The notes: generated by a model not told the origin, from the letters alone. DNA of 64,000 nt from an uncultured Bacilli bacterium (GCA_947629025.1 CANRCC010000001.1:20955-84954), one strand, 5' to 3'; shown: positions 40,352 through 51,332, counted from the stretch's first letter. A program made the numbers and translations.

Positions 40352-42061
40352 CTACATTTTATCTGGCATACTTATACCAAGTAATTCACATCCTGATTTT
40401 AAAACGTTACCTACTATATTTATCAAATATAATCTTGCATTTCTCTCTTCTGTATCATCTGATAAAACTTTGTTTTGATTATAGAATGAACTATATGTTT
40501 TTGCTAAATCAATCAAATATCTAGATAATATATATGGTTCATTCTTAACTGATGCTTGAATTACTGTATCTGTAAAGTTATAAAGTAATTTAACTATATT
40601 ATATGATAGTTCGTCATTAAGTTTACTATAGTTTATATCATTTAGCAATACATTTTCATTAGTTTTTTCAATTATGCTTTTTATTCTTACATACATATAT
40701 TGAATATATGGGCATGTTTCTCCTTGAAATGAAAGCATTTCGTCTAAATCAAATATTTCATCTTTTATTCTAGAATTATATAAATCACTAAATATAACTG
40801 CTCCTATTCCAACCTTTTGTGCTACATCATTACTATTATCTAAGTTTGGATTTTTTTCTTTTATTATTTCTTTTGCTTTCGTTATTGATTCATTTAATAT
40901 ATCCTCTAATTTTATGAAATTTCCTTTTCTCGTGGACATTTTTCCTTCTTTTAAACGATACATTCCATAAGATACATGTATTAGTCCTTTTATGTATTTT
41001 TCGTCTAAATCTAGATATTTTGCTACCTCAAATACTTGTTTAAAATGAAGATCTTGTTCACAGCCTGTAACATAAATGCTTTTATCATAGTCATAAGTTT
41101 TAGCCCTATACATAATAGCAGCTAAATCACGTGTAGCATATATTGATGATCCATTTGCTTTTTGAACTATACAAGGAGTTTTTATTCCTGCATCTTCTAA
41201 ATTTACAATTTTTGCACCCTCTGATTCTATTAATTTTCCATTTTTTTCTAGTTTATTTATTATTTCGTCCATATTTTTTGCGTAAGATGCTTCTCCTTTG
41301 TATGAATCAAATTTTATATCTAATAACTTATATATTTTTTCAAAATCTATCATACTTAGGTCTTTAAATTTATTCCACAAGTCTACGCAATATTTGTCTC
41401 CTTGTTCTAAAAGTCTAAAATTTTCTCTACATCTTTCTAATACATTTTCATCTTCACTACATAGTTTATTTATTCTTACATACATATCTACCATTTGGTC
41501 CATTGCATTTTCTTTTAAATTGTACTCTTTTCCCCACATTTTATATGCTTCTATTAATTTACCAAATTGAGTTCCATAATCGCCTAAATGATTAATACCA
41601 ATAGTATTATAACCTAAAAATTTATATATATTATATAATGCATGCCCTATTACAGTTGTTCTTAAGTGTCCTATGTGAAATGGCTTTGCAATATTGGGTG
41701 AAGAATATTCTATTAATACTGTCTCTTTGTTTCCAATATCTGACTTACCATAATCTTGCTTTTTTAAATCATATTCTTTAAAAACTTCTTTTGTTAGAGT
41801 TTCCTTATTTATGTAAAAGTTCAAATATCCATTAACATTTTCTATTTTATCTATAAATTTTGGTATTTTTATTTGATCTTTTAAATCTTTTGATATTTCA
41901 TTAGGAGATTTTTTTAGTGTTTTTGATAGTATAAAACATGGAAAAGTATAATCTCCTTTGTCTTTTTCTTTTACTAAAGATACATTTTGATATATCTCAT
42001 CTTTTTCTATTGATAATACATCTGATATTAAATTTGTTATTTCTTGTTTAAAATTTAACAT
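40352..42061 (-). CDS. argS: Arginine--tRNA ligase
   Basis: HIGH motif (PNIAKPFHIGHLRTTVIG), class I anticodon-binding C-terminus. 569 aa. Confidence 0.9.
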   Translation of the reverse strand: MLNFKQEITNLISDVLSIEKDEIYQNVSLVKEKDKGDYTFPCFILSKTLKKSPNEISKDLKDQIKIPKFIDKIENVNGYLNFYINKETLTKEVFKEYDLKKQDYGKSDIGNKETVLIEYSSPNIAKPFHIGHLRTTVIGHALYNIYKFLGYNTIGINHLGDYGTQFGKLIEAYKMWGKEYNLKENAMDQMVDMYVRINKLCSEDENVLERCRENFRLLEQGDKYCVDLWNKFKDLSMIDFEKIYKLLDIKFDSYKGEASYAKNMDEIINKLEKNGKLIESEGAKIVNLEDAGIKTPCIVQKANGSSIYATRDLAAIMYRAKTYDYDKSIYVTGCEQDLHFKQVFEVAKYLDLDEKYIKGLIHVSYGMYRLKEGKMSTRKGNFIKLEDILNESITKAKEIIKEKNPNLDNSNDVAQKVGIGAVIFSDLYNSRIKDEIFDLDEMLSFQGETCPYIQYMYVRIKSIIEKTNENVLLNDINYSKLNDELSYNIVKLLYNFTDTVIQASVKNEPYILSRYLIDLAKTYSSFYNQNKVLSDDTEERNARLYLINIVGNVLKSGCELLGISMPDKM

Positions 42062-42063
42062 TA

Positions 42064-42447
42064 TTACACCTCCTTTATATTTACTTCATATATAAAGTTA
42101 CCTGAGTATTCATCTTGTAAATATAATTCATATTCAATATATATTCTGTTATCTTCTATTAAAAGTTTATTTGTTAAAACCTTTGTATCTATATATAAAT
42201 TTAAATCTTTTATTAAATAACTACTTTCTGTTTTCTTATTTAGTACGAAATTAAATGATAAAGTTGAATCATTATTTTCTTTTTCCATAATTATATTATC
42301 TTTTAATATATCAAGTTTTATACTCTCATTATCATATTTAAAAGATAATTTATTATCTTTATATTTTCCTTGTATGTTTTCTTTTTTTATTTCTTCATCT
42401 TTATTTTGTATATTAAAACTTACTAAATAGTTCATAAAAATCACCAA
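42064..42447 (-). CDS. DUF1934/YwiB-like small beta-barrel protein (conserved upstream partner of argS in Firmicutes)
   Basis: Size and position match. Sequence assignment is tentative. Confidence 0.45.
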   Translation of the reverse strand: MVIFMNYLVSFNIQNKDEEIKKENIQGKYKDNKLSFKYDNESIKLDILKDNIIMEKENNDSTLSFNFVLNKKTESSYLIKDLNLYIDTKVLTNKLLIEDNRIYIEYELYLQDEYSGNFIYEVNIKEV

Positions 42448-42557
42448 ATCTTTTTACAACTTTTTTGTCAAGAGAATTATATCATATATATAATAAAAAT
42501 GCACTTATATTTTCTATTTTTTTTTGCATAATAAAAATAGAAAATATGGTGAGTTAA

Positions 42558-44486
42558 ATGAAGAAAAAAAGAATTTTACTAAAATTATTTGTTTTTTTTG
42601 TTTTTTTTATATGCATTTTATTTACATTTTTATATTTTTTTATAAGACTATCACCTAAATTGGATTTAAAGAAAACTAATAATATAATTCTATATGATAA
42701 AGATAATAACATATTTTTTAAAGGTAATGGGTCTAAAGAATGGATAAGTCTTGATATAATTGATGAAGATTTAATTAATGCTACAATTTCTATAGAAGAT
42801 AAAAGATTTTATTCACATAATGGTTTTGATTATATAAGAATTTTAAAGTCTATATATAATAATATTAAATCTAAAGATATTGTTGAGGGTGCATCTACTA
42901 TTTCTCAGCAATATGCTAGAAATTTATATCTTGATTTTGATAGAAATTGGAATAGAAAAATAAAAGAAGCTTGGCTTGCATTAAAATTAGAAATTAATTA
43001 TTCAAAAAATGATATTTTAGAAGGTTACTTAAATACTATTAATTATGGTAATGGTGTTATGGGCATACAAAATGCTGCAAGATATTATTTTGATAAAAGT
43101 GCAGAAGATTTGTCTTTATCAGAAGCATCTATGCTTGCTGGTATTCCTGGTTATCCACAAGAATATTCGCCTATTAATAATCAAGAAAAAGCTAAGAAAA
43201 GACAAAGAGTTATCTTAGATAGTATGGTATCTAATGGATATATATCTAAGAAAGATGCTGATGCTGCATATAAAGTTAAATTAACATATACTGGTAAAAA
43301 AGAAAACCTTAACTTATCAACTCTTATGTATTATAAAGATGCTGTAATTAATGAACTTGAAAATCTTAAGATAATTCCAAATGATTATTTAGAAACAAAA
43401 AGTTTAAAAATATATACTAATCTTGACTTAGAAGCTCAAACATCTCTTGAAAATGCAATAAAAAGTAATATTGATGAAACACAAAAGATAGAAACATCAA
43501 GTTTAATGGTTGAAAATAGTACTGGTAAAATGATTGCTCTTGCTGGAGGAAAAAATTATGAAAAAAGTCAATATAATAGAATTTTATATTCAAAAAGACA
43601 AGTTGGCTCTACTATGAAACCTTTTCTTTATTATGCTGCACTTGATAATGGATTTACTCCATCTTCTACTTTTTTATCAGAACCAACAACATTTAGCCTA
43701 GGAAATAATCAAACATATAGCCCAAGTAATTTTGGGAATATTTACCCTAATTCTTCGATTCCTCTAATTTTAGCTCTTGCCTATTCTGATAATATATATG
43801 CGATTAAAACACATCTATTTTTAGGAGAAAATGAAATGATAAATGTTGCTAAAAAAGCTGGAATTAAAACTGAATTAAAAGAAAATGTTTCATTACCTCT
43901 TGGAACTACTGAACTAAATATGATTGAATTTATGAATGCATACTCAACAATTGCAAATGATGGAATTATTAATGATTTATATTTAATTAGAAAAATTAAA
44001 GATGAAAAAGGAAATACGATTTACAAGCATAAAAAAAATAGTAGAAAGGTTTTGAATGGTAGTTATACTTATGTACTTAGTGAACTTTTAAGTAATTGTT
44101 ATGATAATACACTAAGTGATTATACAACACCTACTTGTCTTAGTATTAAACCTAAACTTACTAAAAAATATGCAATTAAGACTGGTAGTACTAATACTGA
44201 TTCATGGATAACTGGTTATAATAAATCGTATACTTTAGGAGTTTGGGTTGGATATGATGATAATACTGAATTAAGTAGAAAAGAACTTAAATATTCAAAA
44301 AATATATGGGCTGATACTATTGAAAATTATTTAAGAGATAAAGAAGACTCTTGGTATAAAAAACCAGAAGATGTAATTCCAGTTTTAGTTAATCCTTTAA
44401 ATGGTAAAATTGCTACTAATTCTTCTACTAGAAAAAAAATAATATATTATATAAAGGGAACTCAACCTACACAATATGACAATTAA
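42558..44486 (+). CDS. Class A penicillin-binding protein (GT51 transglycosylase + transpeptidase)
   Basis: N-terminal TM; GT51 motifs EDKRFYSHNGFD and GASTISQQYARN; transpeptidase STMKPF (SxxK), SDN, KTG (KTGST). Confidence 0.9.
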   Translation: MKKKRILLKLFVFFVFFICILFTFLYFFIRLSPKLDLKKTNNIILYDKDNNIFFKGNGSKEWISLDIIDEDLINATISIEDKRFYSHNGFDYIRILKSIYNNIKSKDIVEGASTISQQYARNLYLDFDRNWNRKIKEAWLALKLEINYSKNDILEGYLNTINYGNGVMGIQNAARYYFDKSAEDLSLSEASMLAGIPGYPQEYSPINNQEKAKKRQRVILDSMVSNGYISKKDADAAYKVKLTYTGKKENLNLSTLMYYKDAVINELENLKIIPNDYLETKSLKIYTNLDLEAQTSLENAIKSNIDETQKIETSSLMVENSTGKMIALAGGKNYEKSQYNRILYSKRQVGSTMKPFLYYAALDNGFTPSSTFLSEPTTFSLGNNQTYSPSNFGNIYPNSSIPLILALAYSDNIYAIKTHLFLGENEMINVAKKAGIKTELKENVSLPLGTTELNMIEFMNAYSTIANDGIINDLYLIRKIKDEKGNTIYKHKKNSRKVLNGSYTYVLSELLSNCYDNTLSDYTTPTCLSIKPKLTKKYAIKTGSTNTDSWITGYNKSYTLGVWVGYDDNTELSRKELKYSKNIWADTIENYLRDKEDSWYKKPEDVIPVLVNPLNGKIATNSSTRKKIIYYIKGTQPTQYDN

Positions 44487-44515
44487 AAAAAAGAACTTAT
44501 TTGTTCTTATCTATT
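44484..44515. terminator. Weak bidirectional hairpin between convergent PBP and parB genes
   Basis: aagaac ttattt gttctt with A-run before and T-rich tail after. Only a 6-bp stem. Confidence 0.35.
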
Positions 44516-45639
44516 TTAATAATAAATTGATATAATTCCTCAAAATCATATTCTTCTAGCTTTATATTATATCCCATACTTTTTATTTCATTAACTATAT
44601 TATTTATTTTATCAATGACATTTTGCATATTATCATTTGTATTTTGAACATCTTGTAAATTATTATCATTTATATCTTGAATATATTGTAAATTATCGTT
44701 TGTGTTTTGAGCATCTTGTGAATTATTATCGTTCATTACTTCAATATCATTTTCTTGAATATTATTTTGTGGATTAATAAAATCTGAAATCATTTCTATT
44801 TCTTCTTGATCATTTGGTATTGGAGACTTATTTATATTAATATAATCTTTTAAAATTGGATCATCTTTCTCTCCAAAGAAAGAATCTATTGCTTCATTGC
44901 TTATTGGTACATTTGTGTCTGTCGTTTTATCATTTATAAATTTTGGAAATTCTAAATTTTCATCAAAAGCATCTGTTTTTTCTTCTTCTACGTTTGATAA
45001 ATTTGATACTGGTACAAAATTGTCTTTATTTTCACCTAATTTTTCTGAAATTAATTTTTCAGTTTCTCTTACATTAAGCTTATTATTTATAATATTATCT
45101 AATATTTCTCTTTGTTCTTCTTTTGATTCAACTCTCAATAAACTTCTTGCATGTCTTTCTGAAATTTTATTATTTAATAAAGCATCTTGAACTTTTTCAT
45201 CCAAGTTTAAAAGTCTTAATTTATTTGATACTGTTGCTTGTGTCTTACCCATTCTTGATGCAAGTTGATCTTGTGTTAGGTATCCTCTATCCAATAATTT
45301 TTTATAAGATTTTGCTTCTTCTATAGGTGATAAATCTCTTCTTTGAATATTTTCAACAATTGCAACTTCTGCTGATTCATTATCGTTTAAATCTATTATT
45401 ACTGCAGGCACTTTTACTAATCCTGCTATATAAGCAGCTTTATATCTTCTTTCACCTGCAATTATTTCATATTTATCTGCTACTTTACGAAGAACTAATG
45501 GTTGAATAATTCCATGTTGTCTAATAGATTCTGCAAGTTCATTTAAACCTTTTTCATCAAATGATAATCTTGGTTGAAACCTATTTGGAATTATATCATC
45601 TAATGCTACCTCAATTATTTCTTTCTCCATTCCGTTCAT
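44497..45639 (-). CDS. parB: ParB/Spo0J-family partition protein with inserted N/Q/D-rich repetitive linker
   Basis: ParB N-domain (GIIQPLVLRKV...YEIIAGERRYKAAYIAGL...VPAVII), HTH, Spo0J-like C-terminal dimerisation segment. About 90-aa low-complexity insertion (NNSQDAQNTNDNLQYIQDINDNNLQDVQNTNDNMQN). Confidence 0.8.
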   Translation of the reverse strand: MNGMEKEIIEVALDDIIPNRFQPRLSFDEKGLNELAESIRQHGIIQPLVLRKVADKYEIIAGERRYKAAYIAGLVKVPAVIIDLNDNESAEVAIVENIQRRDLSPIEEAKSYKKLLDRGYLTQDQLASRMGKTQATVSNKLRLLNLDEKVQDALLNNKISERHARSLLRVESKEEQREILDNIINNKLNVRETEKLISEKLGENKDNFVPVSNLSNVEEEKTDAFDENLEFPKFINDKTTDTNVPISNEAIDSFFGEKDDPILKDYININKSPIPNDQEEIEMISDFINPQNNIQENDIEVMNDNNSQDAQNTNDNLQYIQDINDNNLQDVQNTNDNMQNVIDKINNIVNEIKSMGYNIKLEEYDFEELYQFIIKIDKNK

Positions 45640-45693
45640 AACTAACCCTCACTTCTTATTCTTACTTATTAGTTTACAATAAAAATCCACTTT

Positions 45694-46398
45694 TTACAAT
45701 GGATTTTTACTAATTTTACTAAAAATACGTGGATATTTTTTATCTGTTATTCTTTCTTTTTTGATTTTTATTATATTTCTTATACTTTCTTCTTTAGGTA
45801 GTTTAAAACTAATAATGTCTTCTATTTTAGAATTTAAAATATTTAATGAATTTTTTGATATATTTATTTCTTCATCTATATTTGCTTTCATTGGAATAAA
45901 ATAACCATTTACTTTTACTAGTGGTATACATAATTCACTTAAAATATTTAGTTTTGCTACTGCACGAGATGTTACTATATCAAATGATTCTCTATTGTCT
46001 TTTGAAAAATCTTCTGCTCTTGCATGAACTGCATCTATATCTTTTAAATTTAATTTTTCTATAACTTTCTTTAAAAAATCTACTCTTTTACTTAATGAAT
46101 CTACTAAAGTTATTTTTAGATTTGGAAAGCATATTTTTAAAACTAACCCGGGAAATCCTGCACCTGTTCCTATATCACATAAACTTAAATTGTCATTTAA
46201 ATTTACTGCTTTTATTAATGTTAAACTATCATAGAAATGTTTTAAATAAACATCTTCTTTTTTTGTTATGGAAGTTAAATTTATCTTTTCATTCCACTCT
46301 AATAATAATTCATAATATTCATCTAACATATTTTGTTTTTTTTCATCTAAATTAATATTTATTTTTTTTAGTTCTTCAATTAATTCATCTTTATTCAT
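45694..46398 (-). CDS. rsmG: 16S rRNA (guanine527-N7)-methyltransferase RsmG
   Basis: SAM motif DIGTGAGFPGLVLKI. Conserved position after mnmG. Confidence 0.9.
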   Translation of the reverse strand: MNKDELIEELKKININLDEKKQNMLDEYYELLLEWNEKINLTSITKKEDVYLKHFYDSLTLIKAVNLNDNLSLCDIGTGAGFPGLVLKICFPNLKITLVDSLSKRVDFLKKVIEKLNLKDIDAVHARAEDFSKDNRESFDIVTSRAVAKLNILSELCIPLVKVNGYFIPMKANIDEEINISKNSLNILNSKIEDIISFKLPKEESIRNIIKIKKERITDKKYPRIFSKISKNPL

Positions 46399-48232
46399 TA
46401 AAATACCTCTTCATATAAATTGATAATATTGATATATCTGATGGATTTACACCACTTATTCTTATTGCTTGACCAAAATTTTCTGGTTTTATTTCTTTTA
46501 ATTTTATTCTTGCTTCACTTGCTAAATTTGGAACTTTATCGTAGTCAATATCTTTTGGTATTTTTTTATTTTCTAGTTTTCTCATTTTTTCTGCTTCTTT
46601 TTTTGTTTTTCTAATATATCCCTCATATTTACATATAATTTCTGCTTGCTCAAGTTCCAATTCACTATATTTTTTATCTAATTTATCTTTTATATCATTT
46701 ATACTAACTTCTGTTCTTTTTAAATAATCATATCCACTCATTTGTTTATTTGATTTTATTTTAATATTTTTCAATTTTTCTATTATTTCATCTATATTTT
46801 TTTCTTTTTCTAATAATTTATTATATCTTTCTTCATCTATTAATCCTATTTTATAACCATATTTTCTAAGTCTTAAATCTGCATTATCATGTCTTAAAAG
46901 TAATCTATATTCAGCTCTTGATGTTAAAAGTCTATATGGATCTTTTACTCCTTTTGTTACTAAATCATCTATTAATACTCCTATATATGATTCATCTCTT
47001 TTTAATATTAATGGTTCTTTTTTTTCAAGTTTTAATGCTGCGTTTATTCCTGCTATTAAACCTTGGCCTGCTGCTTCTTCATATCCACTAGTACCATTAA
47101 TTTGACCTGCAGTAAATAAACCATCTATTATCTTTGTTTCAAGAGATGGATTTAAATCTCTAGAATCAATGGCATCATATTCTATCGCATATGCATATTT
47201 AAGTATCTTTGCATTTTCTAATCCTGGTAAACTATGTACCATTTTTTCTTGTATATCATATGGCATACTTGTTGAAAAACCTTGAAGATATATATCATCA
47301 TAATATCTACTTTCTGGCTCTAAAAATAATTGATGTCTTTCTTTATCTGCAAATCTTACAACTTTATCTTCTATTGATGGACAATATCTAGGTCCTGTTC
47401 CTAAATTTTTATGAAATCCTCCATACATACTAGACTTTTTTAGATTATCTTTTATTATTTTATGAGTTTCTTGGGTTGTATATGTTAAATAACAAGGTTC
47501 TTGTTCTTCTATAGTATAATATGGGTCATTATCATATGAAAATGTGTATAATTTATTATCTCCATCTTCTCTTTTTGTCTTTGAAAAATCTATAGAATTT
47601 CTTTCTATTCTTGGTGGTGTCCCTGTCTTAAGTCTTAATAATTTAAATCCTAATTTTTCTAAATTCTCACTTAAATGTAATGAAGGTCTTGTTTGGTTTG
47701 GGCCACTAACTGTTCTTGTTTCTCCTACTAATATATTTGCTTTCATATATGTTCCTGTAGTTAAAATTACTATTTTTGATTTTATTATTTCTCCTGTCGA
47801 TAACTTAACTCCTTTTATTTGATTTTTTTCTACTATTAAATCTTCAACTATTTCTTCTAATATATCTATATTTTTATTTTCTTCTAATAATCTTAACATT
47901 TCTTTTGGATAAGTTACTTTATCTCCTTGAGCTCTTAAAGATCTTACAGCAGGTCCTTTACTTTGATTCAACATTTTCATTTGTATTAATGTTTTATCTG
48001 CTACTTTGCCCATTACTCCACCTAAAGCATCTATTTCTCTAACTACAATTCCTTTTGCTGATCCTCCAATTGATGGATTACATGGCATCATTGCAATTGT
48101 ACTTTTACTACCAGTTATTAATAATGTTTTATGTCCTTTATTCGCACTTGCTAAAGTAGCTTCACAGCCTGCATGACCTCCTCCAACTACAATTATTTCA
48201 TATTCCATATACTGCACCCTCTTTTTTAGCAT
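46391..48232 (-). CDS. mnmG: tRNA uridine 5-carboxymethylaminomethyl modification enzyme MnmG (GidA)
   Basis: FAD motif YEIIVVGGGHAGCEA. Likely true start MEYEII (about 48208). 3' end overlaps rsmG by 8 nt. Confidence 0.9.
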   Translation of the reverse strand: MLKKRVQYMEYEIIVVGGGHAGCEATLASANKGHKTLLITGSKSTIAMMPCNPSIGGSAKGIVVREIDALGGVMGKVADKTLIQMKMLNQSKGPAVRSLRAQGDKVTYPKEMLRLLEENKNIDILEEIVEDLIVEKNQIKGVKLSTGEIIKSKIVILTTGTYMKANILVGETRTVSGPNQTRPSLHLSENLEKLGFKLLRLKTGTPPRIERNSIDFSKTKREDGDNKLYTFSYDNDPYYTIEEQEPCYLTYTTQETHKIIKDNLKKSSMYGGFHKNLGTGPRYCPSIEDKVVRFADKERHQLFLEPESRYYDDIYLQGFSTSMPYDIQEKMVHSLPGLENAKILKYAYAIEYDAIDSRDLNPSLETKIIDGLFTAGQINGTSGYEEAAGQGLIAGINAALKLEKKEPLILKRDESYIGVLIDDLVTKGVKDPYRLLTSRAEYRLLLRHDNADLRLRKYGYKIGLIDEERYNKLLEKEKNIDEIIEKLKNIKIKSNKQMSGYDYLKRTEVSINDIKDKLDKKYSELELEQAEIICKYEGYIRKTKKEAEKMRKLENKKIPKDIDYDKVPNLASEARIKLKEIKPENFGQAIRISGVNPSDISILSIYMKRYFNE

Positions 48233-48299
48233 TTGTATTATACTACATTATTTTGATTTATACAATGAAAAAACACATATATAATATGTGATTTATTGA

Positions 48300-49265
48300 T
48301 TATTGTAAAATTGCACTAATTATACTTTTTGGATTTTGATTTTTATAAATTATACAATATAAACATTCTATTATAGGAGAAAATACATCATATTTATTTT
48401 TTAGATTATATGCAACAATTAAATTATCTAATCCTTCAATTACCATACCTATTTCTTGTTTTATTTCTTCTAAGTTTTTTTCTTCTGATATTAATTTACC
48501 TGCTCTTGTATTTCTACTATTATTACTATTACATGTTACTATTAAATCTCCTAATCCTGATAATCCATAGAAAGTTTGCTCGTTAGCACCAATTTTTACT
48601 CCAATGTTTGCTATTTCATTTAGTCCTTTAGTTATTAATGCTGCTTGTAAATTACTACTCGCATTAAGTCCTAATAATATTCCAGATGCAAGAGCTATAA
48701 CATTCTTTAATGCTCCTCCTATTTCTGCTCCTATCATATCATTTTCTACAGTTACACTAAAATTTTCAGCATCAAATAGTTCTTTTATCTCATTATTAAA
48801 TTGTTCATCTTTTGATGCAAATGTTACATTTGTTGGCATTTCATTTATTAATTCTTCTGCATGAGATGGACCAGATAAAATTCCTATAAATTTTGTATTT
48901 ATTTCTTCTTTTACTACATCTGATAATAATTTATTTGTTTCTTCTTCTAGTCCCTTTGAAGCAATTATTATTTTTTTATTTACTGCATAATCTTTTATAT
49001 TTTTACATGTTTCTCTTATTACTTTTGAAGGAGTAACTAAAAATATATATTCTGCATCTTTTATTGTTTCTTCATATGATGTATAACACTTTATACTTTC
49101 ATTAAGATGTGAATTATTTAAAAACATACATCTATGTTCTTTATTTATGATATCTGATTCTTCTTTTTTAAATGACCAAACTTTTACATTATTATTTTTA
49201 TTTGCTAAGTGATTTGCAAGTGCACAACCAAAACTTCCACTTCCTATTATTGCTATATTTTTCAT
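48300..49265 (-). CDS. gpsA: NAD(P)H-dependent glycerol-3-phosphate dehydrogenase
   Basis: Rossmann motif IAIIGSGSFGCALA plus the GpsA C-terminal domain. Confidence 0.9.
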   Translation of the reverse strand: MKNIAIIGSGSFGCALANHLANKNNNVKVWSFKKEESDIINKEHRCMFLNNSHLNESIKCYTSYEETIKDAEYIFLVTPSKVIRETCKNIKDYAVNKKIIIASKGLEEETNKLLSDVVKEEINTKFIGILSGPSHAEELINEMPTNVTFASKDEQFNNEIKELFDAENFSVTVENDMIGAEIGGALKNVIALASGILLGLNASSNLQAALITKGLNEIANIGVKIGANEQTFYGLSGLGDLIVTCNSNNSRNTRAGKLISEEKNLEEIKQEIGMVIEGLDNLIVAYNLKNKYDVFSPIIECLYCIIYKNQNPKSIISAILQ

Positions 49266-49271
49266 ATTTAC

Positions 49272-50624
49272 CTACTTTCCTAAACAAAAATTACTAAATA
49301 AAGTATCTATTAATTTTTCATCATAATTTTCTCCAATTATTTCATTTAATATTTCACATATTTCTTTTATATCTATCTCAAACATATCTATTGGAACATC
49401 TTTTTCTAAAGAGTCTTCTAAATTTTTTGCTACTTTTATTGCCTTTTTTACTAATGATATTTGTCTTGCATTTGATAAATAAGTAAAATCTTTATTATTA
49501 AGTTCTTCTAAATTAAAAATATTACTTATTTCTTTTTTTAAATTTTCAATATCTTTCTTTTTTAGTGCGGATATTTCTATTATTTTTTCATCCTTTAAAT
49601 CTTCTATATTTATATTTCTTTTTAAATCTATTTTATTTATAACAATTATTCTTTTTTTCTTTTTTGTTTTTTCTAATAAATCATAATCTTCTTTACTTAA
49701 TTTTTCATTGTTATTAAATACTATAATAACTAAATCTGCTTTATCTATTAAACCTATAGATTTTTCAACACCAATTTTTTCTACAACATCATTGGTATTT
49801 CTTATACCTGCTGTATCTATTATATTTAACATTACTCCATTAACTCTTATTTCTCCTTCAACTATATCTCTTGTCGTTCCTGCAATATCTGTAACTATTG
49901 CTTTTTCTTCATCTATTAAATTATTTAATATTGAACTTTTACCTACATTAGGTTTTCCAAGAATTAATGTATTTATACCTTCTTTTATTATAGTTCCATC
50001 TTTTGATTCTTTTAATAATTTTGATAATTCTTCTTTTAAATATTTAGAAATTTCTTTTATTTGAGATTTAGTAATAATTTCTATATCCTCATATTCTGGA
50101 TAATCTATATTTACCTCAATATTTGCATTTAACATAACTAATTTATCAATTATTTCTCTTATTAAATTTGATATTTTACCTTCTATTCCATTCATAGAAA
50201 GTTTTCTTGAATTTTCTGTCTTTGATTCTATTAAATCCATAATACTTTCTGCTTCAATTAAATCTATTCTACCATTTAAAAAAGCTCTTTTTGTAAATTC
50301 TCCTGGCTCTGCAAGTCTTGCACCATTATCTAATAATAATTCTAAAATTTTATTAGTTGTTGAAATTGCACCATGACAATTTATCTCTACAATATCTTCT
50401 TTTGTAAATGTTTTTGGAGATTTCATTACACTTACCATTACTTCATCTATTATTTCATTATTATCAATTATATGACCATAATTTATAGTATGAGATTTTA
50501 TCATCTTTAAGTTTTTATCAAATATTTTATCAACTATATTTATTGATTCATTTCCACTAACTCTTATTATTGAAATTGCACCAATACCTATTGCAGTTGA
50601 AATTGCGCAAATAGTATCATTCAT
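49272..50624 (-). CDS. mnmE: tRNA modification GTPase MnmE (TrmE)
   Basis: G-domain GKPNVGKSS, DTAG; C-terminal C-L-G-K tetrapeptide. Confidence 0.9.
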   Translation of the reverse strand: MNDTICAISTAIGIGAISIIRVSGNESINIVDKIFDKNLKMIKSHTINYGHIIDNNEIIDEVMVSVMKSPKTFTKEDIVEINCHGAISTTNKILELLLDNGARLAEPGEFTKRAFLNGRIDLIEAESIMDLIESKTENSRKLSMNGIEGKISNLIREIIDKLVMLNANIEVNIDYPEYEDIEIITKSQIKEISKYLKEELSKLLKESKDGTIIKEGINTLILGKPNVGKSSILNNLIDEEKAIVTDIAGTTRDIVEGEIRVNGVMLNIIDTAGIRNTNDVVEKIGVEKSIGLIDKADLVIIVFNNNEKLSKEDYDLLEKTKKKKRIIVINKIDLKRNINIEDLKDEKIIEISALKKKDIENLKKEISNIFNLEELNNKDFTYLSNARQISLVKKAIKVAKNLEDSLEKDVPIDMFEIDIKEICEILNEIIGENYDEKLIDTLFSNFCLGK

Positions 50625-50722
50625 TTTATCATCTCTTTCTTAATAATTATAACATTAAAAATTTATTTATAAAAATCTTTATTATTTTCTTTACAGTTAA
50701 TTTTATAATATTTAAAAACCAT

Positions 50723-51331
50723 CTATTTTGATGGTTTAATTACAACAGATCTATTTGGTTCTTCCCCTTCACTTTCTGTTTTAATACCTTTATAATTTTT
50801 TAATGTTTCATGAACTATTCTTCTTTCATAAGAATTCATTGAATCCATTTTTATTTCAATTTGAGTTTGAAGTACTTCTTTTGCTAATTTTTTAGATAAT
50901 ATTTGTATATTTTTTTCTTGTTTTTCTTTATAATTTTCTACATTTAATATTATGTTAACAAATATTCCTGTTTTATTAAATATTGATTGTCTTAATAATA
51001 TTTGTATTGATTCTAATGTTTTTCCTTTTTTTCCTATTAATATTGAATTATTATTTGAATTCATTTTAATAGAAATACAATTTTGTTCTCTTTTTGTTTC
51101 TAACTGCAAATCAAGACCTAATCCTGTTACTAAGTTATTTAAGTATTCTTTTGAATATTCAATAACGTCTGTTTTAATTATTAGTCTTAATTTTATTCTT
51201 TTCTTTTTTAACAAACCTGTTATTTCTTCTTTTGTTTTATAAATTAGTTCATCTTCTTTTACATTTAATTCATTAAGAGCTTTTAATATTACTTCCTCTT
51301 CTGTTTTTCCTTCATACTCATATATTTTCAT
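50723..51331 (-). CDS. khpB: Jag/KhpB RNA-binding protein (Jag_N-KH-R3H)
   Basis: Domain order and conserved position between yidC and mnmE. Confidence 0.75.
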   Translation of the reverse strand: MKIYEYEGKTEEEVILKALNELNVKEDELIYKTKEEITGLLKKKRIKLRLIIKTDVIEYSKEYLNNLVTGLGLDLQLETKREQNCISIKMNSNNNSILIGKKGKTLESIQILLRQSIFNKTGIFVNIILNVENYKEKQEKNIQILSKKLAKEVLQTQIEIKMDSMNSYERRIVHETLKNYKGIKTESEGEEPNRSVVIKPSK

Positions 51332-51332
51332 A

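Noticed and set aside
38294-50064. Assorted short plus-strand ORFs within prmC, prfA, argS, parB, rsmG, mnmG, gpsA, mnmE (e.g. 39532..39732, 41143..41570, 44897..45509, 46095..46614, 47209..47822, 48604..48864, 49708..50064)
   Set aside because: All embedded antisense to conserved housekeeping genes, with L/F-rich low-complexity translations.
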